A stretch of 64,000 bases of DNA from Chloroflexota bacterium (GTDB taxonomy: Bacteria; Chloroflexota; Anaerolineae; Anaerolineales; UBA4823), in assembly GCA_032124675.1 (NCBI GenBank), contig JAQBDA010000196.1:207-64206 (forward strand), read 5' to 3'. Under the pieces are notes generated by a model that worked only from the letters and a program-made list of their open reading frames with translations, had not been told where the DNA came from and ran no database searches. Shown here piece after piece: positions 59,396-64,000 of the stretch (position 1 is its first letter; every line of letters starts with the position of its first letter). The position numbers and the translations under genes are program-made.

Positions 59396-61603
59396 TCAGT
59401 TCTCGTTCTCCTGAACCGTGCGATTGCGCCCGGATTGTTTTGCAGAATACAGGGCCTGGTCTGCCCGTTCGATCAATGTCTCCAAAGACTCTGAGTTTTG
59501 TTTCAGCGTTGCGATCCCGATGCTCACAGTGATCCTGACCGGCTCATTCTCAGTGGGGTAGATCACTTTGGCAATACTCCGCCGCAGGCGTTCGGCAGCC
59601 TGGTAGGCATTGAACAGATCTGTTTCTGGCAGCAAGGCGATGAACTCGTCACCGCCATACCGTCCGGGAAGGTCGACCTGCCGCAGCTGGCGTTCGATCT
59701 GAGATGCCACGCCCGCCAGGACCTGATCCCCGATCAGGTGCCCCTTCGTGTCATTGACCTGTTTGAAAAGATCGATATCGATCATCATTGCTGTCAAAGG
59801 GCGGTCGAACCTGATGGCGCGTTCTACCTCACGGCGTCCCAATTCGAAGAAGCCGCGCCGGTTATACAGCCCGGTGAGCGGATCTGTAATGGCCTGTCTT
59901 TGCACCTCGGTGTACAGCTGGGCGTTCTGGATGGCAGTCGTGGCGGTGGCCGCGAAGCTGACCAGCAGCTGCAGGTCGCCTTCGGTGAAGGCATATCGCC
60001 GGTAAGCATCCAGCGAGACTGCTCCGAGCGTCCTGCCGCCCAATATCAGTGGAGCGATGATCATGGATGAGATAGCGCGCAGCTCCGGGATATCGCTCCC
60101 ATGGCGCGATTCTGGGTCAGCGTGAGCATCATGGATGAGCAGAGGTTTGCGCTCCCGAACAGCATTTGCTGGATAGCTGGCGCTGTCCGTTGGGTTGAAG
60201 GTGCGGATGCGCGGGTCGGTATAGCCCTGCACGGCTCGCAGCTGCAGCTGACCAGTATCCCGGGCCACCAGGTGCAGGGTGCCTTTCTCGGCAGCCGGGA
60301 TGGCGCTGATCGCCGCATCCAGGATCTGCCCCAGCAGCACCTCCAGGTCCAGGGTCGTGAGCAGGGCGGAGGTGGCCTTCTGCAGGGCGGATAGCTCCTG
60401 CGTACGGTGCTGCAGCGCATCCAGCGCCCGGTACTTGGCAATCGTCAGGGCAAGCTGGTTGGTAGCCTGTTCCGCCAGGGCGATCTCGCGCTGAATGAAG
60501 TTATGCTCCGATCTGTAGGATACCAGCGCCACGCCCATCTTCTGGTCGTCGGCGACCAACGGGACAGCCAGCAGCGATTTGAGCTGCAGCTGTGTGGAGA
60601 GTCGGGTGCTTATATAAGGGGAATTGCTCGTATTTGTCACTTCGAGAGTTCTGCCGGCATTCAATACTGAGGGCACTAAGGGCAGGTCGCTGCTGTCGAA
60701 GTGGATCGACCGGTATATCTGGCGCAGCGGCCCGTAGGCGGCAGCCGGGATCATCAGCTTGCGGACCGGTTCCCACAAGATGATCAGGACGTTATCGGCT
60801 TCCAGCAGCTTCCCCAGGTATTCAACCAGCGATTGAAGCATTTCCTGGAAGTCCTGGGTTTTCAAGGTGGTGCGGGTGATTTCGTTCAATAAGCTCAAAT
60901 ACCGTTCCCTGACGCGCAGTTCAGCTTCCCGGCGTTCTGCATCCCGCTGGTAGTGCTTGTGTTCGGCGATCAGTTTGGCGTTCTCAATCGCCAGCGCCGC
61001 CTGGTAAGCCACTCCATTAATAATTGAAAGATTATCTTCGGTCAGCATTTCGCCGTTCTCACTCTCAACAATCAGTTCACCGACATAAGCATCACCGATC
61101 TGCATCGGTATATTTACCGTCCGCCTCTCAACGGGAAAGGTTCTTTGGGATATCCCCGGCAGCTCCATGACTTCGCGTGGCTGCGCAGCTGCGTATTCAA
61201 TCAGCCCGCCATCCTGGGCGATGATCTGGCACACCACCCGGATATCGCCGCCGAGGGTCTCTTGCAACTCGTGCGAGATTATCTTGCAGATATCCTCCAG
61301 ATTGGTTATCGCTGCCAGCTTCTCGCTGAGCCGCAGCAAAGCTGTCTGCTGGCGGATAAGCTCCTGGCTCTCCTGCGATACGTCCTCGAGCTGTCCCTGA
61401 ATGGCAGAGATGCGGCGGAAGGCGATCTCGATGATGACGACCGCCGCCACAACCCCGGCAAACCAGGTAATAAAATGGGTCAGAAGGTTGTCCTGCTGAT
61501 TGGCATGGATTATCTCACCGGCTGTGATGGTGAGGATGGTGATGAAAATTATCAGCCACTTCAGCCGCCGTAGCCGGACGGCGGGAAGGTGTATTCCATT
61601 CAT
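59396..61603 (-). CDS. Membrane-anchored GAF-GAF-GGDEF diguanylate cyclase (catalytic and I-site motifs intact)
   Basis: DPLTGLYNRRGF, IDIDLFKQVNDTKGHLIGD, RQVDLPGRYGGDEFIALL (RxxD five residues before GGDEF). N-terminal TMs and two GAF-like blocks. Confidence 0.85.
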   Translation of the reverse strand: MNGIHLPAVRLRRLKWLIIFITILTITAGEIIHANQQDNLLTHFITWFAGVVAAVVIIEIAFRRISAIQGQLEDVSQESQELIRQQTALLRLSEKLAAITNLEDICKIISHELQETLGGDIRVVCQIIAQDGGLIEYAAAQPREVMELPGISQRTFPVERRTVNIPMQIGDAYVGELIVESENGEMLTEDNLSIINGVAYQAALAIENAKLIAEHKHYQRDAERREAELRVRERYLSLLNEITRTTLKTQDFQEMLQSLVEYLGKLLEADNVLIILWEPVRKLMIPAAAYGPLRQIYRSIHFDSSDLPLVPSVLNAGRTLEVTNTSNSPYISTRLSTQLQLKSLLAVPLVADDQKMGVALVSYRSEHNFIQREIALAEQATNQLALTIAKYRALDALQHRTQELSALQKATSALLTTLDLEVLLGQILDAAISAIPAAEKGTLHLVARDTGQLQLRAVQGYTDPRIRTFNPTDSASYPANAVRERKPLLIHDAHADPESRHGSDIPELRAISSMIIAPLILGGRTLGAVSLDAYRRYAFTEGDLQLLVSFAATATTAIQNAQLYTEVQRQAITDPLTGLYNRRGFFELGRREVERAIRFDRPLTAMMIDIDLFKQVNDTKGHLIGDQVLAGVASQIERQLRQVDLPGRYGGDEFIALLPETDLFNAYQAAERLRRSIAKVIYPTENEPVRITVSIGIATLKQNSESLETLIERADQALYSAKQSGRNRTVQENEN

Positions 61604-61796
61604 TGGTTGTATAGTATCCTGATGCTTGGAATTGGTGTAGTTAAAGCCACGCGACCCGCTTATATTATCTGCCTGGTTTCCGTTTTCTTAACATTTCATA
61701 ATTATAGCTTAACTCGTTAAGACTGATCTATCCGTTAATTGTACGTAATAAAACCGACAGGACAGGTCAGCTAACCAATCTGCAAAGGTTATTGTT

Positions 61797-62897
61797 TTAC
61801 TTATCTGCGCTTGTTTTCGTGGTGTGAAGGGAAATAAAACCGGTTCCGAGCACCTCTTGGGCAGGGATCACGATTAGAAATGCTTTGGGATCAGCCTCAC
61901 GGACCAAAGTCTTGATGTGGCTTACCTCGGTTATGGTGATCGCGCACATCAATACTTCATGGGCTTTGCCTGTATACATCCCGGTGCCGTGCAGAGAAGT
62001 GACCCCACGGTTCATATCCCTGAATATGGCAGCGCTAACTTCCTTCGCAATGTCGGTGATGATCAGGGCTAGCAGCTGCCGTCTGCGGCGGCTGTGGCGA
62101 TACCAGGGGCGTGTCGTGGAATCTTTAGACGATTCACTCGTTACTGGGATACCAATGTCCAGAGAAAACTTCGGAAGCACTTCTCCTGACGCCTGCTGCA
62201 AACCTATTGTTGTGACAGCCAGGATAATTAAGGAGCTTATGAATACCAAGACCATTATAGTCACCACGTTACCGGATAGTGCACCGATAGACGCCCGCGC
62301 GGTAATCTCTGACCAATTATTAATTGCAGATGGGAATAACGAAACTTTGGTAAACCAGGCTAAGACCAGGATGATATATATGTAGATATAGTTGCGTCTC
62401 AGGCGTCTGCCGAGGGCTTCTAACGTTGATATGGGAAAGTGAGGATGTAGCAGGCTTTCTGCCAGAGTCTCAGCCCAGTCATCTGCTGGGTGGAATGGGG
62501 GTACCAGCATGGCAGCGTAGAAATCTGTCTCCATCAGCCGTACACGTGAACTCCACAGCTCGTAGTAGCGATACCGGCGTGATTCGATAACCAGGAATAT
62601 CGTCACTAAAAGTGCATTTAGAAGGATTACACCATGAAAGCCTGATTGGGCGAAGGCGATCGTCAGAGATGCCCCGGTTGCCACGACCGCCCAGTTTGTA
62701 GTAGTATCCAGGCGGGTGCGCCACACATTTGAACGCTGTATCTCAGCACGGAAGAAATGTACCATTGCGGTTGTAAACTCGCTTGGGCGCAGTCGATAAC
62801 CGCGAAATGTCCAGACAGCTTCCGCCTCACTGGGATCTACTTCTTTTGGGTCCTGCCTCTGGTTTTGCTCATCAGGCATGGGCTCGTTGCTGTTCAT
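61797..62897 (-). CDS. Membrane protein fusing a DUF2270-like N-terminal region with a DUF2179 (YitT C-terminal)-like domain
   Basis: N-terminus FFRAEIQRSNVWRTRLDTTTNWAVVATGASLTIAF...ESRRYRYYELWSSRVRLMETDFYA. C-terminus GVTSLHGTGMYTGKAHEVLMCAITITEVSHIKTLVREADPKAFLIVIPAQEVLG. Confidence 0.6.
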   Translation of the reverse strand: MNSNEPMPDEQNQRQDPKEVDPSEAEAVWTFRGYRLRPSEFTTAMVHFFRAEIQRSNVWRTRLDTTTNWAVVATGASLTIAFAQSGFHGVILLNALLVTIFLVIESRRYRYYELWSSRVRLMETDFYAAMLVPPFHPADDWAETLAESLLHPHFPISTLEALGRRLRRNYIYIYIILVLAWFTKVSLFPSAINNWSEITARASIGALSGNVVTIMVLVFISSLIILAVTTIGLQQASGEVLPKFSLDIGIPVTSESSKDSTTRPWYRHSRRRRQLLALIITDIAKEVSAAIFRDMNRGVTSLHGTGMYTGKAHEVLMCAITITEVSHIKTLVREADPKAFLIVIPAQEVLGTGFISLHTTKTSADK

Positions 62898-63154
62898 ACA
62901 AATACCCTCTCCGTCATTACCAACTGCTTATGTTCTATTCTGTATACGATAATATCAGATATTCCCATCGTACAATGATTATCTTACAGCGGTCAGCATG
63001 AATACTCCTATAGGTGGGGGTTGACAAGCGTCAAAAATTGGCATCATGCTGTTAAATATTATTCCTGCCCATAATATATTGGGAAACCTGGTGGAGAATA
63101 TATTCCCAGAAGCGCCACCCGCTTTCTGTTATAATCTGCTGGTTCATTATCCCA

Positions 63155-63248
63155 GGGAGTGGTTGGGTCCCGGTGGGCTCCCCGGTCTTCAAAACCGGTG
63201 GCGGGTCGTTCTGCGGGCCGCGGTGGGTTCGACTCCCATCCACTCCCG
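63155..63248 (+). tRNA. selC: Selenocysteine tRNA (anticodon UCA)
   Basis: 8-bp acceptor GGGAGTGG pairs with CCACTCCC. 6-bp D-stem GGGTCC/GGGCTC with loop CGGT. Anticodon stem-loop CCGGT-CTTCAAA-ACCGG. Long variable arm (~22 nt). T-arm TGGG-TTCGACT-CCCA, the same T-loop as E. coli selC. Discriminator G. 94 nt. Confidence 0.85.
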
Positions 63249-63265
63249 CCTAAGTCAGGCATGAC

Positions 63266-64000
63266 ATGCTCCCTACAGATACCCCCGAATCGACCGATTT
63301 CGACCGGCTTACCTCAATCGTCGCACGTGTCTTTGTGATCGAGGACATCACGCATGGCGACTTAAGGAAGCAGTACCTCGTCCGTTATCGCGGTCATTTG
63401 CGCGATGCCGACTCTCAAGCTGCTTACGACCAGCTTGCTTCGGCGCTGAAGCCGCTCGAGATCATCCCGATGTTCCGCAAGGACAGTGATCGGCAGACCA
63501 TCCTGCTCATACCGGGGGTCATCCGCCCCGGCCGCTCGCGGACCTGGATCAACCTGGTTTTATTCATCCTCACGGTGCTCAGCGTTGTCTTTGCCGGGAT
63601 TATGTACACCCTGGGAGGAGTGTACGACGGTCCATCTGATCCTGCCCTCCCGGAGATGATCCCTTATGTGATCGACAGTCTGGGGGGCGGTCTGGCGTTC
63701 GCAGTCAGCCTGCTGGCCATCCTGCTGGCGCATGAGTTTGGACATTACCTCGCCGGACGCTATCACAAAACGCATGTAACGCTGCCCTACTTTATCCCTT
63801 TTCCATTCAGCGCATTTGGAACAATGGGCGCTTTTATCCAGCTCAAGGAGCCGCCCAGGAATAAGCGCATCCTGCTGGATATCGGCATCGCCGGCCCGCT
63901 GGCGGGTCTGGTCGTTGCCATCCCGGTGGTGATTATCGGCTTGAGCCTCTCCCGTGTCGGCCCGATACCCATCTACCTGCCCCCTGGACAGGGTCTGACC
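63266..64000 (+). CDS. Site-2 protease family (M50) zinc metalloprotease, N-terminal part; runs off the right edge
   Basis: Not in the ORF track (open at the edge). My translation from ATG 63266: MLPTDTPESTDFDRLTSIVARVF...SLLAILLAHEFGHYLAGRYHKTHVTLPYFIPFPFSAFGTMGAFIQLKEPPRNKRILLDIGIAGPLAGL. Contains the HExxH motif and TMs. Confidence 0.8.
   Translation, partial: MLPTDTPESTDFDRLTSIVARVFVIEDITHGDLRKQYLVRYRGHLRDADSQAAYDQLASALKPLEIIPMFRKDSDRQTILLIPGVIRPGRSRTWINLVLFILTVLSVVFAGIMYTLGGVYDGPSDPALPEMIPYVIDSLGGGLAFAVSLLAILLAHEFGHYLAGRYHKTHVTLPYFIPFPFSAFGTMGAFIQLKEPPRNKRILLDIGIAGPLAGLVVAIPVVIIGLSLSRVGPIPIYLPPGQGLT

Noticed and set aside
63046-63264. Three 60-70 aa ORFs on both strands
   Set aside because: They overlap the tRNA-Sec gene, whose cloverleaf explains the region fully.

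Overview
Moderately GC-rich bacterial chromosomal segment with dense coding on both strands. I found no rRNA, CRISPR array, transposase, integrase or phage genes. The gene content points to Chloroflexota, probably Anaerolineae; this is inference, not a database result. Supporting content: Roadblock/V4R/MglA-like GTPase modules, DUF5667 and DUF3048 proteins, Pro/Thr-rich linkers, TadE/TadG pseudopilins and multi-GAF kinases.

I support about 56 CDS. RNA features the ORF track cannot show:
- tRNA-Ser(GGA)
- tRNA-Asn(GUU)
- a selenocysteine tRNA (UCA anticodon, 8-bp acceptor stem)
- a small SRP RNA (minus strand, ~20030-20136)
- a TPP riboswitch upstream of a thiamine-salvage operon

Several near-consensus TTGACA-N17-TATAAT promoters and hairpin terminators are readable.

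Housekeeping blocks:
- cell-envelope glycan genes (GT2 Ppm-like, LCP, sugar phosphotransferase, flippase)
- rsmA
- acnA, folP, an unknown gene, folK, thiolase
- GH1 beta-glucosidase and a GNAT acetyltransferase
- a Rieske / cytochrome b / 2x diheme cytochrome c complex
- surE and a rhodanese

Most interesting observations:
1. A ~13.5 kb, nine-gene co-directional signalling operon (45605-59113, minus strand). It is built around an MglA/CvnD-like small GTPase and a DUF4388-wHTH protein. It also encodes a V4R protein, two paralogous alpha/beta-hydrolase-fold proteins (one has lost both Ser and His of the triad), a hexapeptide-repeat protein, a REC plus degenerate-GGDEF protein, a 2337-aa kinase with ~10 GAF modules, and a CheY.
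2. The expected Roadblock/LC7 partner is missing there. It sits ~55 kb away (975-1343), beside paralogs of the V4R and REC-degenerate-GGDEF genes. This looks like a split, expanded conservon-like switch.
3. Three consecutive ECF sigma/DUF5667 pairs, the last two a recent tandem duplication. They lie directly upstream of an orphan TadE/TadG pseudopilin cluster carrying a 796-aa secreted protein with a nidogen-like motif.
4. An unknown gene sits in the folB slot between folK and folP.

All function calls come from motif reading by eye. No searches were run.
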